DNA of 64,000 nucleotides from Nitrospirota bacterium (GTDB lineage Bacteria > JACPQY01): the NCBI GenBank assembly GCA_016180645.1, contig JACPAV010000024.1:1-64000 (forward strand). Direction: 5' to 3'. Numbering within the stretch: position 1 is the first letter of the stretch; every line of letters begins with the position of its first letter. The translations under genes and the position numbers were made by a program. Positions 9,941-20,114 of this stretch are shown in pieces. The notes under the pieces were generated by a model that had not been told where the DNA came from, did not search any database, and was given only the letters and a program-made list of their open reading frames with translations.

Positions 9941-10579
9941 CTACTTCGCGCGGATGTCGCGGCGCGCGAATGACGCGCGGTCGGTGCCGATGGCCTGAAG
10001 GATGATCTGGAACAGCTCGCTCATGCTCTCCTTGAGGCGCGTGGGGTGTCGCTTCTGGACGACGCACCGGTGAAAGATCTCTTTCAGCCCGCCCACGATA
10101 AAGTGGGCGGTAAGTCCCTCGTCGCACCGACGGATCAGGCCGAACCGGACGCCTTGAATCAGAGCATTACGCGTCATTTTGCAAAGGCTGTCATAGAATA
10201 CATCCACGCGCCGTTCCATGGCCGGATCGAGAGTGACCCTGCGATCCAGGAGAATGCTGGCGAGTTCCCGCTCGCTCTCGATGAGGGCGAGAACACGGGA
10301 CAAATTGGACTCGATCTGCTGCGAGAAAGGCGGGGCGTTTCGGCCCAGGTCGACCTTCTTGATCGCAGAGTCGAGCCGCGCGAGAAACACGTCGATCAGT
10401 TCATTCAGGATGTCCTGTTTTGAGTCGAAGTACAGGTAGAACGTGCCTCGGGCGATGCGCGCGCCATGAATGATGTCCGACACGTGCGTTTCGTGATAGC
10501 CGTTTCGTGAAAAAATCCGCGCTGCGACGGATAGGATCTTTTGGCGTCGAACGGGGCTTCCGGACACGGTTCCGACCAT
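9941..10579 (-). CDS. TetR/AcrR-family regulator (start uncertain)
   Basis: ILSVAARIFSRNGYHET...ARGTFYLYFDSK. Confidence 0.92.
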   Translation of the reverse strand: MVGTVSGSPVRRQKILSVAARIFSRNGYHETHVSDIIHGARIARGTFYLYFDSKQDILNELIDVFLARLDSAIKKVDLGRNAPPFSQQIESNLSRVLALIESERELASILLDRRVTLDPAMERRVDVFYDSLCKMTRNALIQGVRFGLIRRCDEGLTAHFIVGGLKEIFHRCVVQKRHPTRLKESMSELFQIILQAIGTDRASFARRDIRAK

Positions 10580-10772
10580 ATCGGGCAGCGCGTTTGCGGT
10601 CAACCCCGCACGTATTCTCACGAGCGTCAGCGGTGGGTGAGAGGTTGGAGCCGTAGGCGGCTTCGCCTTCCGGGCGTTCATCCAAGGGGAGCTTTCAACG
10701 GAATAGGTGCGGGGTCAACTCCGCACGTGGACTCGATGGGTCCACGAACGATCCGGCCGCGGCGATCCATCA

Positions 10773-10815
10773 TTGACATGAAGGAAGGTCGACCCTAGAC
10801 TGACGCGTCAGTCTA
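10773..10815 (+). promoter_or_regulatory. Sigma70 promoter overlapped by a perfect 20-bp operator palindrome
   Basis: TTGACA (10773) - 17 bp - TAGACT (10796); TAGACTGACG|CGTCAGTCTA at 10796-10815. Confidence 0.8.
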
Positions 10816-10834
10816 AGGACCTCCAACGGAATGC

Positions 10835-10893
10835 GTGGGGAAGGGTCTTCAGACCCTCCCGACAAGAGGGAGCATCTGACGATGTTCCCCTAC
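10835..10893. repeat. REP-like hairpin doublet in 5' leader
   Basis: gtggggaagggtcttcagaccctccc ... gggagcatctgacgatgttcccctac. Confidence 0.55.
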
Positions 10894-10922
10894 GAATCGG
10901 CATTCTGTTAGAGGCTCTAAGT

Positions 10923-13900
10923 ATGGCTACGGACTTGGGACATCAAGTACTGGGCATTGACATCGGCATGACGGCCGTGAAGATGGCCCTCGTGGACGGC
11001 GACGGAAAGCTCGTCGCAGGCGTGTACCGCAGACACCACGGAAGTCCTCTCCAGGTGGTCCGGGAGGAGGCGGGGAAACTGGCTCTGGACGGCGGGGTTC
11101 GAGTCATCGCGACGGGAACGAACGTCGACGCGCTCCACCGGCAGACCGGTGTCCCGGTGATGGATTCGGTCCGGTCTGAAATCGCGGCGGTGAAAACGGC
11201 AATCCCCGGCGCGCGGAACATCATGAACGTCGGCGGAAGCACCGTAAGCCTCATTTCGCTGAGCGAAGCGGGAAATTTCCAGGGTTACTCGACCAATTCG
11301 CTGTGTGCCGCGGGGACCGGATCGTTCCTGGACGAGCAGGCGGGGCGCCTGGAGATCGCCTGCGGCGAGTCCTCGTCGTGCTCGCGAGAGAAGGAGATCC
11401 CCCAAGTGGCCACCCGATGCGCCGTGTTCGCAAAATCGGACATCATTCACCGTCAGCAGGAGGGTTACTCAAGGCCGGCCCTGTGGTCGGCCCTGTGCAA
11501 GGGGATGACGGAGACGATGCTTCAGACGCTTCTTAAGGGAAGGCCGCTGGACGGCTTGACGGTGCTGACGGGGGGGGTGTCGCTCAACGCGGAGGCCGTG
11601 TTCTGGTTGAAGACGCAGTACGGAGAGACGGTGCAGACGTTTCCGCAAGCTCACCTCTCGGGCGCGCTCGGCGCGGCGATCTTGGCGGACGGGATGGGTA
11701 TGCCGCACCGCCGGATCCGTTGGGACGCATTGACCGACGAAGAAGGCGGCAAGGAAAAGGACGAGATCCGCAAGCCGCTGGTCCTCGAGAAATCGAAATA
11801 TCCGGAGGTCGCTGTTCAGGAGGATGGCGTCGATGCCTACGGGACGGAGATCCGGATTTCAATCCGGCCGACGGGAACGACGGAGGTCTATCTAGGGATC
11901 GATGTCGGCTCCACGAGCACGAAGATGGCCGTGGTGGACGGGGAAGGGCGCGTGCTCATCGACCTCTATCGGAAGACGGCGGGAGATCCGATTGGAGCGA
12001 CGCAGAAGTTGTTCGTCGCCCTCGACGCCGTCCGCGGGGCCTGCGGCGCCTCGTGGGTTGTGAAGGGCGTGGGAACGACGGGCAGCGGGCGGAAACTGGC
12101 CGGGGCCGTGGTGGGAGCGGACGAGATCGTGAACGAAATCTCGGCCCACGTGGCCGGAGCGCTGAGGACGGACTCCACGATCGATACGATTTTCGAGATT
12201 GGAGGGCAGGACTCGAAGTACATGCGGATGAAGGATGGGCGCATCCATGATGCGAACATGAATTTCGTGTGCGCGGCGGGCACGGGATCGTTCGTGGAGG
12301 AGCAGGCCCGCAAGCTGGGCATTCCGCTTCGCGAGGTGGGCGATGCCGTGCTGGGGATCCGTCCTCCGCGCACGTCGGACCGGTGCACCGTCTTCATGGA
12401 GCAAGATATCCATCGTCTTCTGAAAAAAGGCTACTCGAAGCAGGAGTGCATGGCCGCCGTCATGTATTCGATCATTCAGAATTACTTGAATAAGGTTGTC
12501 GGCCGACGGCCCGTCTCCAAGGAAAAGATCTTTTTTCAAGGGGCGACGGCCCGGAACAAAGGGCTGGTGGCCGCCATCGAGAATCTCCTGGACGTCGAAG
12601 TCGTCGTGTCCCCGTTTTGCCACGTGATGGGAGCGTTCGGCGTGGCCTTGCTGACCCAGCGGGCGATGGAAAAGGCCGGGAGGCGGACCACCTTCAAGGG
12701 GCTCGATCTGGGCGGAAGGAGCGTCAGCGTCCGCCACGAGGAGTGCGATTTTTGCAGGGACCGGTGCAAGATTTCCTACGCGTCGATTGAGGGTGAAAAG
12801 GAGGAACCGTCCTGGGGCTACCGGTGCGGCCGCGAATCGGACGCACGGGAGAAGAAAGTCAGCCGGCATTTCGCGCCGTTCAAGAAGAGGGAGAAATTGT
12901 GGAGCGTGACTGGGGGGACGGGCAAAGTGCCTCCCGAGGCGAAGGTGGTCGGTCTGCCGAGGGCCCTCACGACGCACACCTTCTTTCCCCTTTGGAGCCA
13001 CTTCTTCAGACGCCTCGGGCTTCGAGTTGTGCTGTCGCCGCCCACGTCACCGGAGATCATCTCCGACGGTGTGAAACGGGCGGCGGCCGAGTTTTGCTTT
13101 CCGGTCAAGCTCTCCCTCGGCCACGTCTGCGCTCTCGCCATGAGGGATCGAATGGATTTCATATTCCTTCCGGCCATGATCAGCCATGAGCGCAACCCGA
13201 ATGCCAGCAACAGCTACTTCTGCCCTTACGTGCAGGGATTCGCATCCGTGGCGAAACAGGCCCTGTCCCTGGGCGGCGACGCAGGGATCTCATGGCGATT
13301 CCGACCGTCGTCCCCGGAGCGGAGCGGAGGGGGCAGCGATGTGGAGAAAATCCTTTCGCCTGTGGTCGACCTGAGCCTGGAGCGGGATGATCAGGTCAGC
13401 CTCCTTACCGCCGGCTTGGGGAAGAAGCTCGGGCGCAGCCGTCGGGACATCGGCGAGGCATGGGAGAGCGCGTGGCGCGCTCAGGCGGAGTTTCACAACG
13501 GCTGCCAGACGGAGGGCAAGCGGATCCTTGACGAGCTGGCGAAGAATGATCAGATCGGCGTTGTGGTCCTCGGGAGGCCGTACAATACAGCCGACCTGGG
13601 TGCGAACCTGGCTTTGCCGAGGAAGCTGGCGGACGCCGGGTACACCGTCGTCCCGATCGACATGATCCCCTGGCGGCAGGAGTCGATGCTGAGACCCGAT
13701 GATCCTTCCACTCATCGTCCCCGGAGCGAAGCGGAGGGGGCGATGGAGCCGTACTCCAACGTGTTTTGGTCGTATGGCCAGAAGATCCTGAACGCCGTGC
13801 GTCATGTCCGGCGTACGCCGAATCTCTTCGCCGTCTATTTCACGAACTTCAACTGCGGACCGGATTCGTTCCTCCTGAATTTCGCCGAGCACGAAATGGG

Positions 13901-15206
13901 AGACAAGCCGATGCTGGTGTTGGAGGTGGACGAGCACGGGGCGGACGCCGGCTATACGACGCGGATCGAAGCGTTTTTGGATGTCATTCGCTCCTGGCGG
14001 CCAAGGGAACGGGAGAGGAGGATTCACTTTCCGAAAGACGATGCGGCGGAGTTCAAGCGCCGCACGATTTGGATTCCACCCATGCACCCCGTTACCGGCC
14101 GTCTCTTCGCCGCCGCTTTCCGAGGGCACGGGTATCGTTGTGAGGCGTTGACGGTGGAGACGCGCGAGGACCTGGCCCTGGGGCGGAGTTTGGCCCGGGG
14201 GAGCGAATGCCTTCCCATGGCGGCGACCATCGGTTCCTTTGTGAATCAAATGCGGCGGATCGGGGCCGACGCACGAGAGCACGCGCTCTTCATGCCCACG
14301 GCGGATGGACCGTGCCGGTTCGGTCAATATGCCCTTTTACAGCGGATGATCCTGAATCGCGTGGGTTACAAGGACATCCCCATCCTTTCTCCATCGAGCA
14401 GGAACACGTATCAAGGAGTGGAAGAAGACCTCCGCCGGTATTTGTTCAAGGGCGTGTGCGTGTCCGACACGCTGACCAAGTGTGCGTGCAGGGTCAGGCC
14501 GTACGAGAGCATCGCGGGGCGAACCGATGAGGTTTTGGAACAGGGGATCCGAAGAATGGAGAGCGTGTTCGAACACCGGGGCGATCCGGTGAACGCATTG
14601 ACGGAAGCTGTTGGAGCCTTTCTTGCGGTGCCGGTCGCATCGCACAACGGAAAGCCGCTTGTGGGCGTGGTGGGTGAGATCTATGTGCGCTGCAATCCGT
14701 TCTGCAACGAGGACGTGATCCGAACGATTGAGCGGTTCGGGGGCGAGGCGTGGCTCTCACCCATTGCCGAATGGATTCTCTACACGAGCGAGATGGAAAA
14801 ACGCGAGGGCGGGTGGAGGCGCCGGAGCCTGGGCGCCCGCGCCATTTCGGCGATGAGGAACCACTTCATGCTCCGAGTAGAGCACAACCTGTCCAAACCG
14901 GCCCACGGGGTGCTTCGCGACCGGCGGGAGCCGGCCATGGAGGAGATCCTGGACGAGGGATCGAGATACCTCCCGTTGAATTTTGTCGGGGAGGCCGTCC
15001 TGACGCTGGGACGCGCGGCCCTCTTTGTGAGACAGGGAGCAAAATTGGTTGTGAATTGCGCTCCCTTCTCGTGCATGCCGGGCGCCATCACGGCGGCGTT
15101 GTTCCAGAGAATGGAGAAGCAGACGGGAATCCCGATGGTGAGCTTCTTTTACGACGGAGAAGGCGGCCTCAACGAGCGGCTCAAGTTCTTCATGCACAAC
15201 CTGTGA
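10923..15206 (+). CDS. Fused CoA-substrate enzyme activase / 2-hydroxyacyl-CoA dehydratase-like protein (2x BadF/BadG ATPase, DUF2229, HgdD-like)
   Basis: GIDIG and GIDVGSTSTK; two CAAGTGSF motifs; IGGQDSK; FCFPVK; NCGPDSF; CRFGQY. Confidence 0.92.
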   Translation: MATDLGHQVLGIDIGMTAVKMALVDGDGKLVAGVYRRHHGSPLQVVREEAGKLALDGGVRVIATGTNVDALHRQTGVPVMDSVRSEIAAVKTAIPGARNIMNVGGSTVSLISLSEAGNFQGYSTNSLCAAGTGSFLDEQAGRLEIACGESSSCSREKEIPQVATRCAVFAKSDIIHRQQEGYSRPALWSALCKGMTETMLQTLLKGRPLDGLTVLTGGVSLNAEAVFWLKTQYGETVQTFPQAHLSGALGAAILADGMGMPHRRIRWDALTDEEGGKEKDEIRKPLVLEKSKYPEVAVQEDGVDAYGTEIRISIRPTGTTEVYLGIDVGSTSTKMAVVDGEGRVLIDLYRKTAGDPIGATQKLFVALDAVRGACGASWVVKGVGTTGSGRKLAGAVVGADEIVNEISAHVAGALRTDSTIDTIFEIGGQDSKYMRMKDGRIHDANMNFVCAAGTGSFVEEQARKLGIPLREVGDAVLGIRPPRTSDRCTVFMEQDIHRLLKKGYSKQECMAAVMYSIIQNYLNKVVGRRPVSKEKIFFQGATARNKGLVAAIENLLDVEVVVSPFCHVMGAFGVALLTQRAMEKAGRRTTFKGLDLGGRSVSVRHEECDFCRDRCKISYASIEGEKEEPSWGYRCGRESDAREKKVSRHFAPFKKREKLWSVTGGTGKVPPEAKVVGLPRALTTHTFFPLWSHFFRRLGLRVVLSPPTSPEIISDGVKRAAAEFCFPVKLSLGHVCALAMRDRMDFIFLPAMISHERNPNASNSYFCPYVQGFASVAKQALSLGGDAGISWRFRPSSPERSGGGSDVEKILSPVVDLSLERDDQVSLLTAGLGKKLGRSRRDIGEAWESAWRAQAEFHNGCQTEGKRILDELAKNDQIGVVVLGRPYNTADLGANLALPRKLADAGYTVVPIDMIPWRQESMLRPDDPSTHRPRSEAEGAMEPYSNVFWSYGQKILNAVRHVRRTPNLFAVYFTNFNCGPDSFLLNFAEHEMGDKPMLVLEVDEHGADAGYTTRIEAFLDVIRSWRPRERERRIHFPKDDAAEFKRRTIWIPPMHPVTGRLFAAAFRGHGYRCEALTVETREDLALGRSLARGSECLPMAATIGSFVNQMRRIGADAREHALFMPTADGPCRFGQYALLQRMILNRVGYKDIPILSPSSRNTYQGVEEDLRRYLFKGVCVSDTLTKCACRVRPYESIAGRTDEVLEQGIRRMESVFEHRGDPVNALTEAVGAFLAVPVASHNGKPLVGVVGEIYVRCNPFCNEDVIRTIERFGGEAWLSPIAEWILYTSEMEKREGGWRRRSLGARAISAMRNHFMLRVEHNLSKPAHGVLRDRREPAMEEILDEGSRYLPLNFVGEAVLTLGRAALFVRQGAKLVVNCAPFSCMPGAITAALFQRMEKQTGIPMVSFFYDGEGGLNERLKFFMHNL

Positions 15207-15235
15207 GGTGGAGGCAGCCGGAGGGAAGTTAGGTT

Positions 15236-15257
15236 GGGTCAAGTCAAGACTTGACCC
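15236..15257. terminator. Hairpin between convergent genes (terminator or REP-like)
   Basis: gggtcaagtc-aa-gacttgaccc; no U-tract. Confidence 0.45.
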
Positions 15258-15287
15258 CATACTCAAAGTCGAACCGGGAAAACTATC

Positions 15288-15725
15288 TTAGGCCCGAGCG
15301 TGGAGGGCGGACACTTCGTTCTTGGTCCGCATGAGGTCGGCGAGGGAGACCTTCTTCATCGTATCGGTCAGCTCATTCACGAGCCGGGTCCATTCAGACG
15401 AAACACCGCACAGAGTCCGGTAGGTGCACTGCTTGGCGGGGAAGGGGCAGGCCGAGAGCACGGGCTCTTTTTCAACGGCATGAACGATGTCGAGCAGAGA
15501 AACCTTGGTGGGGTCCTTGCGGAGAATAACGCCGCCCTGCTTCCCTGTCCTTGTATCGACGATTCCCTTCTGTTTGAGGGCCGCGATGAGTTTCTTGAGG
15601 AAGGGAAGGGGAATGGATTCTTTTTCGGCAAGATCCTTGGCCTTCACGTATCCGTTTCCGGAGACCGCCAGAGCCATCGCCGCTTTGTGGGCGTATTCGC
15701 CGCGCTTGGTGAACATGCAAAACAT
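15288..15725 (-). CDS. Rrf2-family regulator with three C-terminal Cys (IscR/NsrR-like)
   Basis: FTKRGEYA...IPLPFLKKL...GKQGG...SLLDIV...ACPFPAKQCTYRTLC; start 15725 or 15716. Confidence 0.9.
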   Translation of the reverse strand: MFCMFTKRGEYAHKAAMALAVSGNGYVKAKDLAEKESIPLPFLKKLIAALKQKGIVDTRTGKQGGVILRKDPTKVSLLDIVHAVEKEPVLSACPFPAKQCTYRTLCGVSSEWTRLVNELTDTMKKVSLADLMRTKNEVSALHARA

Positions 15726-15750
15726 TTTCGTTGACCTCGATACTCCATAA

Positions 15751-15766
15751 AGCAATCTCCATGCCA
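15751..15766 (-). promoter_or_regulatory. Sigma54 -24/-12 promoter of Rrf2 gene
   Basis: TGGCATGGAGATTGCT (GG-N10-GC). Confidence 0.65.
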
Positions 15767-15984
15767 TGGTTGCTTGTTTTCATTATGCGGCCGATTGTTG
15801 CGAGGCGCTTTTGGCTTCCTGCGAAGTCACAAAGGGTTAGTGCCCTTACAAGTCCACTTCAGGTAGGTTGGGAAATGACTGCGTAACTTCCTGTTGCCGC
15901 GCAATTTCCATGAACTGAGAATCGGACGAGATTGCCGCTCTCAGAATTGCCTATCGAGGCTAAGCCTCTATAGCGACTGCTGTG

Positions 15985-16794
15985 CTATTCCCAGAAGCTG
16001 TCTGAAGCAGAATCTGAGTCGGTCGAAGGGGCGTTGTCGGCCAGCCACTGGGCGAACTCTTCCTGCGTGTGGATCGTCAGAAAGCCGCGCATACGGGCGT
16101 GGCCGATGCCGCACAGTTGGGCGCAGGCGATTTCGTAGTTGGCCTTGTCATTCCCGATGGCCTGCCGCATGTCGGCCGTGGTGACGGAGGGAGTGAACCA
16201 AACGGGAATCACGATTCCGGGGAGCGCGTCCTGTTTGACCCTCATTTCGTTCAACATGAAACTGTGAATTACGTCCTTACTGGCCAGCTCGACAATGACG
16301 GGTTGATTCACGGGCAGGTGAAGCTGGTTGAGGGTGACGATATCGTCCTGCCCCATCGGGTCGGATCGGTCCAGTCCGAGCGGATTGGTCGTGGCGTCCA
16401 CCAGCTCCAAGCGTGTGGGTCCGAATCGCCCGTCGGCGCCGGGATAATGGATGTTCCATGCAAATTGTTCGGCCACCACTCGCACCACCACGGCCTCGGT
16501 GCGGCTGGGGAGGGCGTCGACGCGCTGGGACCAGAACGGGATCGAGAAGCCGACCAGGAGAATGACTTCCGCGATGGCTACGGCCACCTCCGCGTAGCTG
16601 GAGGCGTGGCTTTTGAGCCCGTGGTAATTCGCCTTGGCGTTTCGGGATCGGCGGAACCGGATCAGCATGTAAATGAAGAAGAGCGACCACCCGATGAAAA
16701 GGACTGCCATTAACCAGTGGACCCACACAATGAGTCGGTCAACCTCGCCGCCGTTTGCGGAGGCGAGGAAGGGTAGGCCGAGCAATTCTTTCAT
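15985..16794 (-). CDS. coxB: Cytochrome c oxidase subunit II
   Basis: Two TM helices; DVIHSF...CAQLCGIGHARM CuA motif. Confidence 0.95.
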   Translation of the reverse strand: MKELLGLPFLASANGGEVDRLIVWVHWLMAVLFIGWSLFFIYMLIRFRRSRNAKANYHGLKSHASSYAEVAVAIAEVILLVGFSIPFWSQRVDALPSRTEAVVVRVVAEQFAWNIHYPGADGRFGPTRLELVDATTNPLGLDRSDPMGQDDIVTLNQLHLPVNQPVIVELASKDVIHSFMLNEMRVKQDALPGIVIPVWFTPSVTTADMRQAIGNDKANYEIACAQLCGIGHARMRGFLTIHTQEEFAQWLADNAPSTDSDSASDSFWE

Positions 16795-16797
16795 GGG

Positions 16798-17052
16798 TCA
16801 GTACGCTCCTTCGGAAGTGTTTGCGGCGAGGCGCACGCGCCGCCGCAGGACTACAAAGCAGGCCAGCAGTCCGATGATAACGAAGTATGTCACTCCGAGC
16901 AGGGCCAGGACAGACAATTGCAGTCCCCGGATGAAGGGGCCTTCTGCCGCTCCATAGCACACCGCGCACGCAAGCGCGGAAGAGGGCGAAGCCATGACGC
17001 AGAGGAGCATGGCCGGTATGGGAGCCCATGCGGAAGCCACGATCCGAATCAC
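16798..17052 (-). CDS. Small membrane protein with CxxC (cox accessory)
   Basis: ALACAVCYG plus TM helix; GTGA-coupled start. Confidence 0.65.
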   Translation of the reverse strand: MIRIVASAWAPIPAMLLCVMASPSSALACAVCYGAAEGPFIRGLQLSVLALLGVTYFVIIGLLACFVVLRRRVRLAANTSEGAY

Positions 17053-17255
17053 AGGTAACGAACCCCCTTCAGCTTTCGGAGGAACCAAGCACCATAGACC
17101 AGGAGGCCGATCCCGCCGGCGAAGCAGGCAACCGCCACAAGGCGATAACCTTCGGGATCATGTGTGGCCGAATGCCGCCAGGCCCAGAAACCGCCCCCAG
17201 TCGCCAGTAGGCTCGAACAAACGATGAAGACAATGTGGAAGGCCTTCAGGGACAC
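17049..17255 (-). CDS. Small two-TM protein (cox accessory)
   Basis: MSLKAFHIVFI...; lies within the cox operon. Confidence 0.7.
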   Translation of the reverse strand: MSLKAFHIVFIVCSSLLATGGGFWAWRHSATHDPEGYRLVAVACFAGGIGLLVYGAWFLRKLKGVRYL

Positions 17256-17282
17256 GACAGAACCCCCCCACGGGCCGCCGGA

Positions 17283-17342
17283 CGCAGGCTAAAGCCTGCG
17301 GCTACCGCGGCCGCCATGGTAGCCGCACCCTTTATGGGTGCG
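17283..17342. repeat. GTAG REP-like doublet inside cox operon
   Basis: cgcaggctaaagcctgcggctacc...ggtagccgcaccctttatgggtgcg. Confidence 0.8.
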
Positions 17343-17388
17343 CTCCGTGGTGCGACATGCAGATATTGGAGAATGACCGGGGACACGA

Positions 17389-17694
17389 TTACGCTCCCGC
17401 GGAGTTGATTTGAGTCATGACGGGTCCCAGGAGCATAGCCACGAAAAAGATCACCGTCACGATGAGAACGGTGTAGATGAATTTTCGTTCCGAGATCAGG
17501 TGCATGAAATAGCACGCGACGAGCGACCCTTTGATGGTTGCGATGAACAGGGCCACCGCCACGGCGAGCCGGGTCGTCAACTCCAAGTAGGACACGGCCA
17601 CGGTGACGACCGTCAGGATCATGAGAGCCGCAAACACTCGGAGGTACCATCGAACGTGTTTCTGGATGTCAACCGTGTGGCTTTCAGTGCTCAT
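17389..17694 (-). CDS. coxD: Cytochrome c oxidase subunit IV
   Basis: YLRVFAALMILTVVTV...KGSLVACYFMHL. Confidence 0.9.
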   Translation of the reverse strand: MSTESHTVDIQKHVRWYLRVFAALMILTVVTVAVSYLELTTRLAVAVALFIATIKGSLVACYFMHLISERKFIYTVLIVTVIFFVAMLLGPVMTQINSAGA

Positions 17695-17702
17695 GGCTCC
17701 TC

Positions 17703-18293
17703 CTAGAGCAGGTAGAGAACGGGAAACAGGAAGATCCACACCAAGTCGACAAAGTGCCAGAAGAGCCCGGCTGTTTCGACCCGGTTGGTGAACTGTTGCG
17801 GGGCGCGTTCCCAAAGCTTGAGTCCAGGCCCCCAGAGGTACGCGTTGATGCCGATTCCACCCGCCACGTGCGCGGCATGGAGCCCGGTCAGCGTGAAGTA
17901 CAGCGCCATGAAAGTGCTCGTGGACGGATGGAGACCGTGGTGAAACTTGGCGCGGTATTCGAAGAACTTGATGACGAGGAACGCCAGGCCGAGCACAATC
18001 GTGAGCCCCATGAAGAGCCGGTAGCGGCCCAGTTTCTTTTCCATGAGCGAGGCCCACGCCATGACCATCGTCACGCTCGATGATATGAGGACCATGGTAT
18101 TGGTGAAGGCCATCGGGACGCTCAGGATGGACGAGCCGTCCGGCCACTTCGTCGCTCCGACGCGAAGAAGAATGTATGAGGCAAACAGCGCGCCGAAGAG
18201 CATGATTTCCGAGGCGAGAAACAGCCAGATGCCGATCTTGACGTTGTTCAGGCCCGTGTCGGGCCTCTCAGAGACGGTGTAGGGAATTTCCAT
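17703..18293 (-). CDS. coxC: Cytochrome c oxidase subunit III
   Basis: WLFLASEIMLF; TGLHAAHV; WHFVDLVW. Confidence 0.95.
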   Translation of the reverse strand: MEIPYTVSERPDTGLNNVKIGIWLFLASEIMLFGALFASYILLRVGATKWPDGSSILSVPMAFTNTMVLISSSVTMVMAWASLMEKKLGRYRLFMGLTIVLGLAFLVIKFFEYRAKFHHGLHPSTSTFMALYFTLTGLHAAHVAGGIGINAYLWGPGLKLWERAPQQFTNRVETAGLFWHFVDLVWIFLFPVLYLL

Positions 18294-18299
18294 GGAGGG

Positions 18300-20081
18300 T
18301 TAGTGGGACGTTTTGCCGGCTTGCCCGGTCTTGGCCTTTTCCCCGGCGCCGGGGCTGAATTGGGGCAGAAAATCCGTCGGGTGGCCCGGCACGCTGTACT
18401 CGTAAGGCCCCCGGTAGGCCTGGGGCATCGACACGAAGTTGCCATGGGGCGGAGGAGAGGGCGCCGACCACTCGATGGTGGTCGCCTCCCAGGGGTTGTC
18501 GGAGGTCTTCTCTCCCTTGCGAAGACTCCAGAAGAAATTCACGATGAAGAAGACTTGGGTGAGAGCCAATCCCCACGCCGAATACGACATGATCTTGTTG
18601 AGGTGGAGGACCGGCTGGGCGTGGGCGTAGGCGGCGCCGCCATCGTAGAGCCGTCTCTGCACGCCGTGGAGTCCCTGGATCAGCATCGGGAGGAACACGC
18701 CGTTCATGAAAATGAAGCTCGGCCAGAAGTGGAGCTTCCCGAGAAACTCGCTCATTTTTCGACCCGTCGCCTTCGGGTACCAGTAGTAGATACCGGCGAA
18801 CAGGGCCAGGATTGTGCCGGGGGCCACCACGTAGTGGAAGTGGCCGATGACATAGTACGTGTCATGGAGGTGGATGTCGGCCGTGGCGAGGCCGAGAGGG
18901 AGCCCCGTCAGTCCGCCGATACCGAACATCGGGAGGAACGCCAGGGCGAACAGCATCGGCGTGTTGAACCGGATCGACCCACCCCAGAGGGAAATAATCA
19001 GGCAGCTCAAAATGATCACCGAAGGAATGGAGATGATCATGGTGGTCGTCTGGAAGAAGGACGACATCGCCGTCCCCATACCCGTGATGAACATATGATG
19101 AGCCCATACGATGAACGACATGAATCCGAGGAAGAGCAGCGAGTAGACCATGGACTTGTATCCCCAGAGAGGCTTGCGGGTATTGTTGGCGACGACTTCG
19201 GCGACGATGCCCATGGCCGGAAGAATCAGGACGTAGACTTCGGGATGGGCGAGGAACCAGAAGAGATGCTGCCACAGAATAGGTGATCCACCGCCCGTCG
19301 CCGCGATCGGCTGGCCGCTGACCACGAGTCCACTGGGAAGGAAGAAGCTTGTACCCGCCAACCGGTCCATCAATTGGAAGATGCCCGCTGCCTGCAAGGG
19401 GGGAAAACCGAGAAGAAGCAGGAACGCGGTGACGAACTGGGCCCAGACGAAGAAGGGGAAACGCATGAACGTGAGGCCGGGCGCGCGGAGCTGGAGAATC
19501 GTGGTGATGAAGTTGATGGCGCCGAGCAGGGACGAGACGATCAGGAAGAGCATTCCGACGAGCCAAATGGTTTGTCCCATGGGCGCGATGTCCGAGAGCG
19601 GTGGGTAGGAGGTCCATCCGGATTGGGCGGCGCCTCCAGGGACGAAGAAACTGGCGAACATGGTCACGCCGCCGAGGAAAAGAGCCCAGTAGCTGGCCAT
19701 ATTGAGTCGGGGGAACGCCATATCCGGAGCGCCGATCTGGAGAGGCACGACGAAGTTGCCGAATCCGCCCACGGCGAGGGGAACGACACCCAGAAAGACC
19801 ATGATCGTCCCGTGCATCGCGCCCAGTTGATTGTAGAAGTCGGGGAGCATGACGCCGCCGGGCATCCGGAGCTCCCCGAAGAGTCCGCCGATGATCGGCA
19901 GGGGTTGATCCGGATAGGCGAGCTGCCATCGCATGAGCAACATGAGCGAGAAGCCGAAGAACAGAAAGACGAGCGCGGTGATGGAATATTGAATCCCGAT
20001 CACCTTGTGATCGGTTGAAAAGACGTATCTCCGCCAGAAACTCATCTCGGCATGGTGGGTGCCGTGCGCGCTATCGGCCAT
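18300..20081 (-). CDS. coxA: Heme-copper oxidase subunit I, A1-like
   Basis: TDHKVIG, MHGTIM, DMAFPRLN, HPEVY, WAHH, HFHY. Confidence 0.97.
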   Translation of the reverse strand: MADSAHGTHHAEMSFWRRYVFSTDHKVIGIQYSITALVFLFFGFSLMLLMRWQLAYPDQPLPIIGGLFGELRMPGGVMLPDFYNQLGAMHGTIMVFLGVVPLAVGGFGNFVVPLQIGAPDMAFPRLNMASYWALFLGGVTMFASFFVPGGAAQSGWTSYPPLSDIAPMGQTIWLVGMLFLIVSSLLGAINFITTILQLRAPGLTFMRFPFFVWAQFVTAFLLLLGFPPLQAAGIFQLMDRLAGTSFFLPSGLVVSGQPIAATGGGSPILWQHLFWFLAHPEVYVLILPAMGIVAEVVANNTRKPLWGYKSMVYSLLFLGFMSFIVWAHHMFITGMGTAMSSFFQTTTMIISIPSVIILSCLIISLWGGSIRFNTPMLFALAFLPMFGIGGLTGLPLGLATADIHLHDTYYVIGHFHYVVAPGTILALFAGIYYWYPKATGRKMSEFLGKLHFWPSFIFMNGVFLPMLIQGLHGVQRRLYDGGAAYAHAQPVLHLNKIMSYSAWGLALTQVFFIVNFFWSLRKGEKTSDNPWEATTIEWSAPSPPPHGNFVSMPQAYRGPYEYSVPGHPTDFLPQFSPGAGEKAKTGQAGKTSH

Positions 20082-20114
20082 GAGGGTGATTTCCCTGGGC
20101 GGCTTTCGTGAGGA

